The position numbers were made by a program, and so were the translations under genes. The notes beneath the pieces are model-generated. The model saw nothing but the letters and a program-made list of their open reading frames with translations, was not told where the DNA came from and did no database searches. Below, piece after piece: positions 37,689 to 50,832 of a stretch of 64,000 nucleotides of DNA. This DNA is from Raillietiella orientalis (taxonomy: Eukaryota), in the NCBI GenBank assembly GCA_036172245.1, contig JAYWIR010000031.1, positions 1,798,001 through 1,862,000 on the forward strand, read 5' to 3'. Each line of letters opens with the position of its first letter. Position 1 is the first letter of the stretch.

Positions 37689-39050
37689 CGCCAGTCATGC
37701 CATGGCGTTTCTTTTATAAAAATAAAAATCACTTGGGAACACGTCGATTCCCAAACGACGACAACAAAAGCCAAAGGGAAGGGTCCACCGGCACGCAGGA
37801 CGGAATAACGGATATCCGAAGAGGGAGAAGGGATCAGGGGACAACACACAAAAAATAAACTCTGTGGGATTGGACAGGGATCTTAGAGTTCGCTCCGAGG
37901 GGTACTGGGATAAAAACAAACACACCGGGGAAGTTGCAGAAAGAATGGAGATAGGGAATGAGAAAAAAATTAGAACAAATAAAAGGAAGCAGGGGATAAG
38001 GATCACCGGTGTCCGCCGTTCCTAACTTCCCTGAAAGCGGCGCTGGATGCCGGCGATCTCCTCCTTCGCCCCTTCTTCCAAATGAGGCCACCTCGCAGCC
38101 GTCCTCATGTAGGCGGCTGTCATTCTGGTGACTTCCCTAACTGCGTGGGCGTCTCGAGTAATGGTGGGCCGTGGCAATGGCACGGATTCAACCCATGGTT
38201 GAGATCACTGCTCCCGTCAGTAGTCCTCCCGGAGCGAAGAACCGTCGCAGCAGGTCGCGGGCGGTGCCCTCCTGGTGCACGAGTGCTGCTGAGTGCTGCC
38301 AGCCTCCTCCATTGTTCCTGGAGAGCACCGCAGTCCAGAAGCAGGTGCGACGGGATCGAATCCGTCGCCCCGTACCTGGCACCATTCGGGGACGCGACCC
38401 CTCCGGAAACTCGGTACCACCGCTTGTTGCACGGGAACCTCCAGGGAAAGAAGAGCAGCACACGCCCTGTTTCCGGGAGAGCGGCAACGCAGAAGTGTCT
38501 CGACATTGGAGAGGATTCGGGGATACACTGAAGAGCTCGCTCCACCGAAGGAGTCAGTTCGCGAAAGCACGCGGAGTAGCGGCATCCACCAGCTCGCGTG
38601 TCTTCCATCCGCCAAGGAGTTCGGTGCTTCCCGCGATGGTGCAGAAAAACTCCCACCTCGCCGGTCAGCTACTGTCGTCTCTTGTCCTGAGGGCAGACAG
38701 CGCTGCGGCGAAGGGTGTGGTGGCCAGGGTCGACCACTTCGCCACGCCCCGCATCCCCACTTCCAGAGGTGGTGGCACCAGATGTCGCAGGGGGAAAAGT
38801 TCCTCCGGGCGTAATCCCCGGAATGCAGCTCGGGACTCATCGGCCTCCTGCCGCCAAGCATTGGAGTTCGTCGGGCGGCAGGAGACCCGCAGCTGGACTT
38901 CCACTAGTGAGGCGATCTGCCTCAGGAGGAAGCCGAATCCCCGCATCTTGTAGTGGGTGCCCGGCAGCGGCGAGAGAGGTCCTTCGCTGCCATCGCTTCT
39001 CCGCAGGGTGACGCGTGCAGACGCACGCAACGGGGCTTCTAGAAAGAAGT
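37689..39050 (-). mobile_element. L1/Tx1 LINE 3' fragment
   Basis: SHLLLDCGALQEQWRRLA and AYMRTAARWPHL in minus frames; T-rich 3' UTR. 38179-38989 is an inverted near-identical copy of 49731-50541. Confidence 0.8.
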
Positions 39051-41559
39051 AGAACATTTGTTTCAACAGCACGCAAACGTGTGCCACTGGACGGAGGAGG
39101 CCAGCAGACAGGCTTGCAAATCTTTGGATGGAAACGGAAAGAGGGTCAACGAGGTCATTGCGGGACAACCAAACAGCTGGTGGAAAAGAGCTAGCCGTTT
39201 CACGAAGACTATCGAACGCTCGGATGGAAGGAAAGGCAAGAAGCTGGAGCCTTTCCGGGAGAGAAGATCATCTTTCCAGCTTCCTCTTCACTGCGGCATT
39301 CGGTACGGTTGGCAACGGTTTTGTTTGTTGCCATCATTTCATCCTGGCATTTGGCACATTTTCGTAACTAGGGGTTGCACGTTTCCTCACAGGATCTTCA
39401 TCGTGCAAGACGTGCGTTCAGATCTGTGAAGAGCTGTAGTAGGGCTCCCCATCTTTCAGCGATGTATCAGCAATCCTTCTAGCAACGGATCCAATTTACC
39501 TTTAACTTGATTTGGAATTCTGGCGTGGACTCGGTTTGTCTTCCCCTTCACAGGCGTTGGTAGCACACCTATGCTGCACGTGAGCAATGACATGGATAGA
39601 ATCGCCAGCATCACGCATAGGGTGGACAGACGGATCCCATCTCACGCCCACGCACAAGCTACGTGCGACGACACAACAAAGACGCGAGTCTACAAAGTGC
39701 GGCGACGCAGTGGTCTTCTGCCTGGGAACCCGACAGTAGCACCGACAGCCCGTTACGAAGATTTCCCTCTTTCGGTACTTCCAGGAAGCCGCCCATCCTT
39801 CGAAAGGCAGAATTCCCTCCGAAAATAAGGAAAAGCCTTTGGTCAGGAGCCCTTAAAGAGAAAATGGCTCCCAGCTCTGCCAGGAAAGCTGAGCGTTGCT
39901 GCAAGCGGCCGCGGTCGCTCCAGTCGGCAAGGAAGAGAGCGATGCGATGCCGGGCGACTCCGGAGGAGACGTAATGATCGCGGAGCAGCCGAGAGCGCTC
40001 CCTCCCTCGTCTCTCGGGCTCGTCACTGGGTTTCGTCGGGCTAACCCCAATCTCCCGACTTTCCGGACTCGATGATGAATGCCTCTAGGTCCTCGGAGAG
40101 AGCACGGATCTCCCTCTCTCCTTCATGGTTGGATGCCAACCTCTCCCGGGATATCTTGGCTGGAGAAAGGGAGAAGAAAGAAGAGCACGCGATTCCGGAA
40201 CCCTCGTTACCCCCGTGCATCGTTCACCTCGTCATCCACCGTCTCTTCTTGGGGAAAAGGATGTTGCTGACGAAGCGGACCGGAACTCCCTCAGGCGAAA
40301 CAGCTGCAGGGCAGACAAATGAGAACGCCTTGAAAGGAGGGATAAGGGACGCCCGCACCGGGGCATCGAGCATGGCTGGAGCACCGTACGGACAAGCGGA
40401 GTCTGAGCGGACCAGAGAAACGGTGAATTCAGGACTGGTCAACTCACGCAGCCGGGTCAATTCACTCCTCGTGGTCCTCGTCCCTCAGTTGCGATAGCTT
40501 TGGATCCGAGGACGACCCAGTGGGAGAGTTTCTCAGAAAGGAGAGGGAACCACACTTTCAGGGTTGAGTCCAGAGAAGGGTGTCCAAAGGAACGTCCTTC
40601 TCGAGGGAGTCTCCGGAGACCTAATGTCCGTTCCACTGACCACGGGAAACGTCCGGTGCTGAGAGTCTCCCGGAGGCAGATTCAAATCTCTCGGGATCCG
40701 TTTTGGCCTCCGCTTCCTTCCTGGTGGCTCCTTCCTGTGAACAGCCCCAGGAAAGCAACAACCTCCTTTCCTTTACTACTGGAGGTCAGTCCTCGTTTTT
40801 TTGTGGGCGGCGGGAATGGCGGGGCACTCGTGGGACAGCATGGGGCGCTTCCTCGTAGGCAGAAGCACCTTCTTTGTTCAGAGGGGCTCTGCGGCGAGCC
40901 CGAGACACAAATGAGTCCCATCGTTCTTTCTCTTCGTCCAGAGATCACTCCTGCAGCATGCGCAGGGCATTCTCTTTGTCCCCAACGGAGCCACACCTCT
41001 CAGCGGGCGCAGCCCGAGATCGCGGTCAGTGTCCCCCGTTGCAAACGTCCCGAAGCGATCCGAACTTCCGTTCATCTCCATCTCTGCCGAGCTCCTCTGT
41101 TCCTGTGCAGCTTCCAAAAAGGAGCCATGGCATTCTCCTTTTAGACTTATGAATGCCACGAAGATCCGGTTTTGCGCAAGGGAACAGCACGGGACGGACT
41201 TTCCGTCCCTCTCATAGAACTGTTTAGATCTGCCTCGCTGCTGCTGAAGGCCTTGTTCTCCAAGGGCGTTCAACAGCGACAAGGATTCCTTGTAAAAACG
41301 AGGACTTTGTGCTCTCCTCGAAGCCTTGTCATGAACCTTTCATCTGCTGGACCAAGACTTTCTGCTTGCGAACCTGAAGACTGGTGGTCTTCTCTCAGAG
41401 ACTTAACAATGCAGCTCTGCTCTCGGCTGTTCAGTAGTGTCTCTCAGATGGTGAGTCCAGTAAATGCCCTGGGTGCGTGGAAAGCTGGGCGACACCGTCA
41501 AAATCATCACCAGTAGCATGGGAAGCATCCGGACGACTTGAAAGCGAGCGAAGATCGAA

Positions 41560-42290
41560 CAAAGGGCAAACGAAGATTTCAGAGAGCGAAGCGCGCAGAA
41601 GCACCTCTGGTGACTTTCGACGAGCATGCGCGGAAGGTCACCCACAGCCTGCGCAGCACTCGACGCAAGGCATCTCTGGGCATTCCTCATCTCCGTGACC
41701 CTCGGATCGAAAGGAGGCGTGTCCTGCGTCGAGCAGCCTCGGCGGAGCAACCCAACCTTTCGCCTGTGCAGGCACCTCCCTCCAGCGACGGAGCCGATAG
41801 CTTGTGCGGGGGATGCGGAAGGGGAGAAGAGATCGCAAAGTCACATCCCCGACAGAAGCGTCGGCAGTCTGACGGTAACCGCGAAGAGTCGAGCGACGAC
41901 CAGGACGGCCACCCTGAAGCACGCAGGGCATTGGTGGTCTCCGATCAGCCCGTTCCAAAGGCAGGTTCGAAGCTCGGGCCTGTCCTAGTGCTCCAGAGCG
42001 TGGGGAAAAGCCCTACTGGACGTCTCTTGCCTCTTTGGGCACTCAGGAACGGCTCCAGAAGAGCAAGGCAGCCTCGAAAAAGTGGACCAGCGTCGAGGAC
42101 TGGAGCCAGCGGTGAGGTCCTTCGCCGCGGGATCTCCGCGATCCGGCAAGCGACTGAGGAGTGCCGAGAAAGTTGGAGCTGCAAGGGAACAGCCGGGGCG
42201 CATCCGAAAGGACATGGCGTGTTCGAACACTGCACACCACCGGGATGCGCACTGGAATGACCGGACGGGCCATCGCGATAGAACATCCTC
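41560..42290 (+). mobile_element. Degenerate RLE-type non-LTR retrotransposon C-terminus, Utopia/NeSL-like
   Basis: NLSPVQA...CGGCGRGEE, DQPVPKAGSKLGPVLV (like LRPDLV), LLDVSCLFG (like DVTxPF), VRSFAAGS, IRKDMACS...RDAHWNDRTGHRD (like RKLMVS...RDIYxEHxTGHRQ), in the expected order across frameshifts. Confidence 0.6.
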
Positions 42291-42460
42291 GACGATCAAA
42301 ACTCGTCGCAGGGACGGACCGAAAAGCACAACAAGAGAAGATGGTGAAGGCTCTTCGTTTGTTTGCATCGTCTTTTCTTAAATATATATAGAATAGTCTG
42401 AGTTGGTTCGTGTTTCATTTCTTGGAATGCTTAACGTTCATCCTCGTTCCCGGGATGCCA

Positions 42461-42918
42461 GGATCCGCCCGCGTTGACAGCCTTGTGACTGAGGTCTCCA
42501 CATGTGGCACCAAGCGTTGCGGGTTCGAATCCTTACATGGAAGATCTACTCCGTCATAGGTTTCGAGTCTCCTTTGCGGGATGACGCTGGTCGGTTCAGG
42601 AACTTCGGGTGTGGCACTGGTGGAAGCCAGAAACTGGATGTCCCGCTAAGTGGCCGGGATCGGAAGCTGACCCTCCGGAGTCCTTTCCGGAATCAACGAG
42701 CGGTCCCCTTACATGCTCCCTCCGGAGAAGATATTTCAGGAGCGGATTCCTTCCTAGCTTCGTTCGGAGGAGACATAATGGTGTGAGCCCCTCCGGAAAG
42801 AAGAAGGAAGAAGATTCCCTTCGAGGTTCCCTCCCAGGCGTAAGAGCAACCGACTGTTTCATCCATAGTCTTACTGGATTCATAGGGCGGTCCCTACAAG
42901 GTTGTCCTCCTTAGCTTG
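42461..42918 (+). repeat. tRNA-headed SINE-like repeat (uninterrupted at the LINE target site)
   Basis: B-box GGGTTCGAATCC at 42521-42532; empty site GGGTGTGGCACTGGTGGAAGC at 42607-42627. Confidence 0.8.
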
Positions 42919-42997
42919 AAGAACACGCACGTTCACGAACGAGCACGCTAGTTAACACGCACATTCGACAGAATGCTGACGGAACGCAGCCAAGAGC

Positions 42998-43034
42998 CTA
43001 CACTTTGATCTTAGCCAAAAGGCAGAGAAGCGAT
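42998..43034 (-). ncRNA. U2: U2 snRNA 5' fragment (nt 1-37), truncated/pseudogene
   Basis: Reverse complement reads ATCGCTTCTCTGCCTTTTGGCTAAGATCAAAGTGTAG, one mismatch to the conserved U2 5' end. Similarity stops abruptly before TATCTG. Confidence 0.92.
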
Positions 43035-46000
43035 CCAATGAGCCGGCGATGGCCACGCAAAGGCTAAAGATGGTGACCTCAACTTTCCACCTTGATTCTC
43101 AAAGGGAAACCCCGATCGCTTCCGGAGGAATCGCGTCGTCGTCATTACAGACATTTTCTTGCTCTTTGAGCACTGGCCGTGCTCACTTTATCTCCAAGAG
43201 AAACCGCGAGCTGACCATGCTGCAAGGCGATTCCGTCTCGATTGCCGACTTTTAGAGCCACCGGAGTCCCAGCAAATCCTGCAATTTTCGGTTGTATAAA
43301 AGTCCTTCTGGGTTTGAATTGCATCCTATATTCCACAAAATTCCATTATGTCTTCTTAGATTTGCGAATCCCATGGCTGCTTTCCACTTAACCAAATTGT
43401 CGAGACTTCTCCATCAACAAGAACACCTTCTATTTATGGTTTTGTGTTCTCCTTAGCAAGCAACGGCACGAACCAATTCCATTCTTCCTCTTCAAATACG
43501 AGCTCAGCAATTGCAGACTTCATACCGTATTCATTTGTGAGCTCTCGATCTGTAGACCAGATGGAGCTTCCGGAGTAGTCAAGGTAGAAATCGGAACGGA
43601 CATGAGATGCAGTGGAGTGGGGTCGGATTGAATTGATGCAATGTGAATCTCTGGAGGAATACTCGCGGAGGAATGCCCACCGATGTCTCAGAGAATCTTG
43701 GACCATCCGCGTTCTCATCAGAGCGATGTCGATATTTGTGCTATGGTCCACCAAGTTGAACTTGGAAAGCCGGATGTCTTTTCATCGGAAGGTGAATCTC
43801 CGTCGCTTGGACAGCGCGTGATTCACAGAATACATTGGTTCGTAGTGGGCAGATGTTTATTCACATTAGATATGCGTTCAGATCACATATCTAAGCATAT
43901 TAGATATCAGGTACATTAGGGAACACAGCGAATGACATTTTAAGCACTCGCTGGAATCGTGAGGAAATCAATGGCAGATGATTCAACCTGTAAATTCAAT
44001 TTTTTTTATGCCATCGGAAACTGAATCCTCTTCCCGGAATTTATTAGCCACCGATCCTGGATGCAGATTTCCGAGAGGATGGTTCGCCTGATGGATTAGC
44101 TATTGAAGACGCTAGATGGAAATGATCGATCTCGTTTTGGAGAATGACGAACGACTGCCCCTCCCTTCGCAATTTGCATGCTGGAAACTGGAACTTTTCG
44201 TTTCCTCCGTTCGCGCTTCTGGAAGGACGGAGCCATTTTTCACCAGGACCTCCCTTCCCCGGAGTTAACAGCTCCGTGCCCGTGTTTTCCAGTTTTCGGG
44301 TCATCAGTACCCGCGGCGTGCGGCAAGACCGTCACGGCAAGTTGCGAAGGATACCGCTTTGCAAGCAGTGTGCTCATTTGACCCCGATGTGACAAATCAA
44401 TGGCGATCCTCAGCTGCCGGAGGAACAGCAGCAGTTCTTTCCCCTTTCCGTTTCTCTCCGAGTCATGGCGGATTGGATGCGAGGCCGTGGTTGCCAAACG
44501 TCAGTGCTGGAGTTTCAATTTTCAGTCGCGCAGATTTGAAAGAGCTGAGACCTCGTCTTCCGGACGCAGACGAGACATCCTCGCTCCGGTTGCATTGTGA
44601 CTGGAGAAAATGAAGAAAATGAGAAACGGACGAAACGTCTAAGAAAAAAAAAAAAAAAAAATTCAAAACGTATTCCTTGCACAAAAAGATGCAATCGCGC
44701 TAAATGTATCGAGGGATCAAGAAGCACGCAAAACATGTAGGAATTCTTCCTCCACAGCTTGAGTACAGTTACTGGACCGATCGTTTCACGGAATCCCTTT
44801 GGAAAATTTCGTTTCAGCATTTCAGGAAGAGAAGGAGAATTTCGTGACTTTCGGCAGACATCCAGAAAGTCCTGAAGGTAGAAAGGAAAAAAAAAAAAAA
44901 ACTCGGAATCGCTCTTCCAAATCCGCAAGGATTGCCCTAAACTTGGCACGTGCCCCGTATACGCCGATGGCACACTGCACTTGCAGAATGGCACACCACG
45001 CATGCTCGCGTTTCAGCCGAGTCTTGGATAGGTTTGAAGCTGCCCTTCACCTGCATGCTGGACCGTCGCTGGATCAATGAACAGCTCAATCACGTCTTTG
45101 AGCTCGGTTGATACATGGAGGCGTGCAACCATTTCAGCTCTGCCTATAAATTTTTGCATGCAGTTGTTTGTTTGTTTGTTCCTTGCTCTTGGCACAGACC
45201 TCTTTGCAAATCTGTCTTTAGCGAGGAAGTGTTTTTTGTGTTCCGGAAACAAGAAAGGCTAACTTGGAGTTCATGAGCACCGAGTTGGCTCCATCAGAAT
45301 GCAACACGAAGCGCAGTCTCAGACGCCACTGTACCTGCCATGGAACCAAAAACGCCAGTTTATCAATCACCTCAGGCAACTGTCTTCCACATGGAAGGGT
45401 GATTGATTTTGCACGTAAGCACTTTTGCAAGGGACGCTTCGCTGAATGTTCTCTCACAAGGGACGTTCTCAATGGCGGTGCAGAATACATGGCGTCGAGA
45501 CGAATTCAATTGAACGAAAACAGAAAGGAAACTTCCAGACGAATGTGTGTGTGTGCGTTTCCTTCCCTCCCTCCCTACCCCCTTCTTGCGAATGCATCGA
45601 CACGACCTCTCGTCAGTGCGACTTATCCCGTCGAGTTGCAACGAGGAACTGGCAGAAATTGCCACAGGCATCGGAAAGCATCCATTGCTTCCTCATTACC
45701 AACTTGCGAAGAACGGTGGGGGCAACCATTCGAGGGCAGGCGTGACTTGGGAGGATTCAGCTATTAAAAGGCCATTTATCCTAGGAGCAACCACGAGCTC
45801 CCTGTTCTGTAAAAGTTTCCATTCCATTTCGATCCGGAGAGACTGCGACGGCAACCATAAGTGAGGAATGCTGTAACTGTAGAAACCTATCCCGGCTGGG
45901 TGATCTCCAAATTATTGCCAGTTTGCTGTGCGCTTCCAAATTAGAACGTCCTTTGTTATTCCTACATAAAGTTTCGTGCCTCAGAACAAATCAGCAACAG

Positions 46001-47054
46001 CAATCTGGAGAATTGCCGCGAAAAAAGCGCGGTTACAAAAGAGTCAGCAATTTCTGGAATAGATACTGCAAATCGATCCCGCCTTCCCGACGTTCTATCC
46101 GGGAAAAACAAAGGAAAAGAAACATCCGTTCTTCTGAAAATAACGCAAACTGCTCCTTCTTCAGCGACTCGCGAATTCGCACCGAAGATAAGTTGAGAAA
46201 ATCACTTCCTTATTGGGAATTCAGATTCTTCGACGAAGACTTTCCGCAAAACCTTATTCGTTCCACGCCACTGTCGGCGGACGAAGATTCCACACTCGCG
46301 AGGTTGAGCGCTGATGCTGGACTCGGATGGAATCAACTTTCAAGCCGATGAGGCAAAACCGATGGACCAACGGAGCAAAAGACTCTGCGTAAGTGCTCGC
46401 CGCAGTCTCTGGCAGCACCGGCGGCTGTCAAGGGCTCCCACGTGCTTGTGCTCCAAGAAAAAAAAGGGAAAAGGAATTCCACAGACCCGAAAACATCAAG
46501 ATGCTCCTGAGGTTTTCGTCATTTCTTCGGAACGGAAGGTAACGCTCGCCTCGTCTAATGAAGAAAGGTCTCGTTAGTCCAGGAGTGAATGGAGATGCAA
46601 ATCAAGTATCCGACTTTTTTTAATGGTCACATTTCAATTAATGGTGGCACTTAAAATGGCTGCGCATTTCTGGCGACAGGAAACAAAGCAGGCGCCTGCA
46701 ACGGAACTACGGGATACGCCATCTGAACCTTTCGTTTACTCAGCAGATGGGATTTCGACTCTTAATTGAATACCGAAGCATCGACTACTCATTAACTGAT
46801 TGCAACTTTTGAGGTTGCGAATCTGCCCAGCATTCTTTTTCTTTTTTTGGGGGGGAACTCTGAAAATCAGTGTAGTTCAAACAAGAAGATACGATGTGTT
46901 TTCTATAATAATAATAAAAAAAAAAAAGGAAACAAAAGGGGTAGGAAACGCAATAAGAAACAAACTGACAATAAACTTCTCTGCATCTCCCACAGGTGGA
47001 AACGAAATCACCTTATAGATTTACCTGAAGGAAGAGCTCGCCAAAATAAATCTG

Positions 47055-48590
47055 CGTCCGTGTTGGCTGCGGTCTCCGAGAGCGGTACCAAACGTGGCGG
47101 GTTCCAATCCACACGTGGTGGATCGACTCCGAGAAATTTGGGGGAACGGGGTGCGTCATGGGTCCCCTCCCTGCAGGCTGGTCAGCCCACGGGCTTTGGG
47201 CGCGGCACTGGTTGACACCCGGTCACGCCGGGGCGTTTATTTCTAAACCTACATGTCTATGGCAAGACGTTTGATCCTGCCACGTTATTTATGGATACGA
47301 AAGGGAACCTGCCAGGAACTGGCACACAGGCCCGCAGGGTTCGCCTAGGCAGCACAGGGGAAGGGGAGACAAACGAAATGAAAAAAAAAAAAAAGCAAAA
47401 ACTGCAGTCAAAAAGTGGGGGAAGGGGGGGGTTGGGGAAGGGATCGCTGTGTGCAGGAGGGCGTCCTCTGCATCCTTGTAAGGATGCCGGCAAATTCCTG
47501 TTTTATGGTTCCCAAATAGGGACATCTTGACGCTGCCCTCATAAAGAGGACAGCGAAATAGATTGCGTCCCTGTCGTTCCGGCCTCCTCTGGCGTTGCTC
47601 CATGCAGCCACGGTCCCGCCGCGTAGGCAACAGAGTACTGCTATTGATGCGGCCGGCATGACGGCGTCGCTCATGAAGAGGCGCTTTAAAAAGTCTCTAG
47701 CGTTGCCGTCGGGAGTTTCAAGGATCGTGGACAAGCGTCCCCAAAGGGGCCGGAGGGCAACACAGTCCACTAGGAGGTGCGGGAAGGATTCCCGCTCCCC
47801 GCACCTTGCACAGTTTGGGTTCATATGCACCCCATGTCCACGGGTGTCGGCAGGCGTTGCGCGGAAGGCCCCGGTGCAGCAGCATCAACGCCGACTCCTG
47901 CCACTTCAAGGGGAGGGTGTGGGTGTTCATGAGCACCGGGTGTTCATATTCCGGAGGAAGACCTAGCAGCACGTCCCAGCGCAAAAGTCCACGAAGTCGA
48001 TCAATCGGGGTCGCAGAGTCAGTGAGCTGGCCCGTCGTCCACTCGCCCAGGCCTTTTCTCCTTCCGGAGCTTTCCATAGTAAACTCCCATCTAGTCGTAA
48101 GACCGCTGCTACTCATATCTCCCTATACTCATAGCTCCCTAAGGGAGGGCAGCGCGGCTGCGAGGGAGGTTCTGCTTGTCCACGCACTCTTCACGGTATC
48201 TTCCAGGATCTCCCGGAGCGTGCAGCCGTTGTTGGTGCGCGCGTACAGGAAACGTCGCAGCTGTTCCGCGCTTGGCTCCTGGATTCTCGCTCATGTGCGC
48301 ATGGCTTCCTGCAACCAGGCACTACCGTGGGATGCGACACCGATAGAAACCGGACGCCCTTGTCGACTGGCCGGAATTGGAAGTTGACCTTCTGGGGTCC
48401 TTCCAGGAACCGAGAAGTGGGGTTTGTTTCGTGGTTCCACTCCCGTTGTGAAAACTGAGCTGTCTTCCCCCTCGGAAGGGGGGGAAAGGGGCAGCCTTCA
48501 TTGTGGTACCGTGGAGCTGGTTGATACCTCTCCAGAGTGCAACAAGCGCACTGCTCCCTTCGAGGAGCGCCCTTCAAAATCAATTTTCAG
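47055..48590 (+). repeat. SINE-like repeat interrupted by an antisense LINE fragment
   Basis: Head with GGGTTCCAATCC (47099-47110) to 47212; body resumes at about 48329. Confidence 0.75.
47213..48328 (-). mobile_element. 5'-truncated L1/Tx1 LINE inserted in the SINE
   Basis: CARCGERESFPHLLVDC, LPLKWQESALMLLHRGL; perfect terminal hairpin at 47218-47232. Confidence 0.9.
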
Positions 48591-49730
48591 AGTTCACGTC
48601 ATAAATCAATAGTGTGGGCAGCAGGGCTTGTACTTTTTGGTTCAGTTAGTAGTGGTAGCAGGGTTGAGCAAGATCTCAATCCCGCCCTAGACGTCTCTGC
48701 CGACATCAAGTCTAAACCTGTAAACGGAATTCGCGATACTTTGAGACTGTTTATGAGAAGCATCCGCTGATCTGAGGTCTTCGTAGTCTTCGACAAGTCC
48801 CTTAAATCGAAAAGGCAGCACACGATGGGGAAGTTCTGAGGCAGGTAGACCGTGGCCACGGAAACCTTCACGCGGGAAAGCGCAGCCAGCAGACCGGCGC
48901 CGAAAGGACAGCAAAAATTTCAAATGAGAGGAGGCATCCGAGAGCAGAGATTTTCTTCCGTGATACTTCGTCATTGAAAATCTTTTTCGTCGAACTGCAC
49001 CTGCTCCGATGCGCTGAGCGGCCCCGGTGTTTGAACACGAAAACTCGAGCGCGTTTGAACACAACAGCACGGATGCTCTTCACTTTCCTCTGGAAGGACA
49101 GTGTCGCTCAGAAGGAAGCGTATTGATCATTCGCATCCTGCACATCTGTTCTCACTGTAAGTGTCCGCAAGATGCTGAACATGAATCATAAAAGCAGCAT
49201 GGATACACACTTCGGGACCAGGAAGCAGTGCCAAAGTGCCAATCATATACTCCTGGCTACATGGGGATTGAAATTCCAGGAGCACGCACTGATGAATGAA
49301 GTTTCCTTAATTCGAAGCTTTTCTCGTGGAATGGCCAGTGCGAGGAATAAATCACGCAGATCCACACTATAAACGTGGGAAAGCGGCGGTTTTAAGAGTG
49401 CTCCGCATTCAAACCCAAAAATCGTGTAGCCGCTTCTGCGTCTCCCAGACGCTGCGTCTTGAAACCAGAAGATTTTTTCCTTCTCCCCTTGCCCAATATC
49501 TTGCAATGAGAGTTCTCCTCGCAGACTTTTACGGAACGCCGTTTCACGTGCCGTGCCATCCAAATTGAGATCTTGCGGGGAAAGGAGTTTGCGGCGTCGC
49601 ATAAGAAAAGATGAATGCTGCACGCAGCATCCGTATCAGCTCGTTTCATATGAAACTCGGCGTGGCTTTAGCATCGGATCTTGCCTGACTTTGCGCAGGA
49701 AAGTCAGGGAGTCTTCGCGTTGAGTCACGT

Positions 49731-50832
49731 CAGCGAAGGACCTCTCTCGCCGCTGCCGGGCACCCACTACAAGATGCGGGGATTCGGCTTCCTCCTGAGG
49801 CAGATCGCCTCACTAGTGGAAGTCCAGCTGCGGGTCTCCTGCCGCCCGACGAACTCCAATGCTTGGCGGCAGGAGGCCGATGAGTCCCGAGCTGCATTCC
49901 GGGGATTACGCCCGGAGGAACTTTTCCCCCTGCGACATCTGGTGCCACCACCTCTGGAAGTGGGGATGCGGGGCGTGGCGAAGTGGTCGACCCTGGCCAC
50001 CACACCCTTCGCCGCAGCGCTGTCTGCCCTCAGGACAAGAGACGACAGTAGCTGACCGGCGAGGTGGGAGTTTTTCTGCACCATCGCGGGAAGCACCGAA
50101 CTCCTTGGCGGATGGAAGACACGCGAGCTGGTGGATGCCGCTACTCCGCGTGCTTTCGCGAACTGACTCCTTCGGTGGAGCGAGCTCTTCAGTGTATCCC
50201 CGAATCCTCTCCAATGTCGAGACACTTCTGCGTTGCCGCTCTCCCGGAAACAGGGCGTGTGCTGCTCTTCTTTCCCTGGAGGTTCCCGTGCAACAAGCGG
50301 TGGTACCGAGTTTCCGGAGGGGTCGCGTCCCCGAATGGTGCCAGGTACGGGGCGACGGATTCGATCCCGTCGCACCTGCTTCTGGACTGCGGTGCTCTCC
50401 AGGAACAATGGAGGAGGCTGGCAGCACTCAGCAGCACTCGTGCACCAGGAGGGCACCGCCCGCGACCTGCTGCGACGGTTCTTCGCTCCGGGAGGACTAC
50501 TGACGGGAGCAGTGATCTCAACCATGGGTTGGATCCGTGCCCAAAGGAGTTGCCAGGGAGATCGCCTCCATCCAGAGCCTCTTTTAAGAAGGAAGAAATG
50601 TCTCACGCCAAAGACCCCTGTCCCCACTCTCCTGTCTCCTTTTATTTATTCATTGTTTCCTCCCTCCGTTCCCTAGTTTTTGGAAACCGAACTACGTATT
50701 GGTGGTTATCCTGGGTGAATCTTTTTCTTGGCATTTCTTGTTTTTTTGAGGAGGTTCTTTTCTCTTCTTCCTTGTAGTTTATTCTTTTTTTTTTTTTTTT
50801 TCAACATAAATGTCCCGGCGTAACCGGGTTCC
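49731..50832 (+). mobile_element. L1/Tx1 LINE 3' fragment
   Basis: Inverted near-identical copy of 38179-38989, plus its own 3' UTR ending in CCCGG-CGTAA-CCGGG (50814-50828). Confidence 0.85.

Noticed and set aside
42470..42540. tRNA gene suggested by GGTTCGAATCC
   Set aside because: No cloverleaf can be formed, and the sequence recurs as the head of a dispersed repeat.
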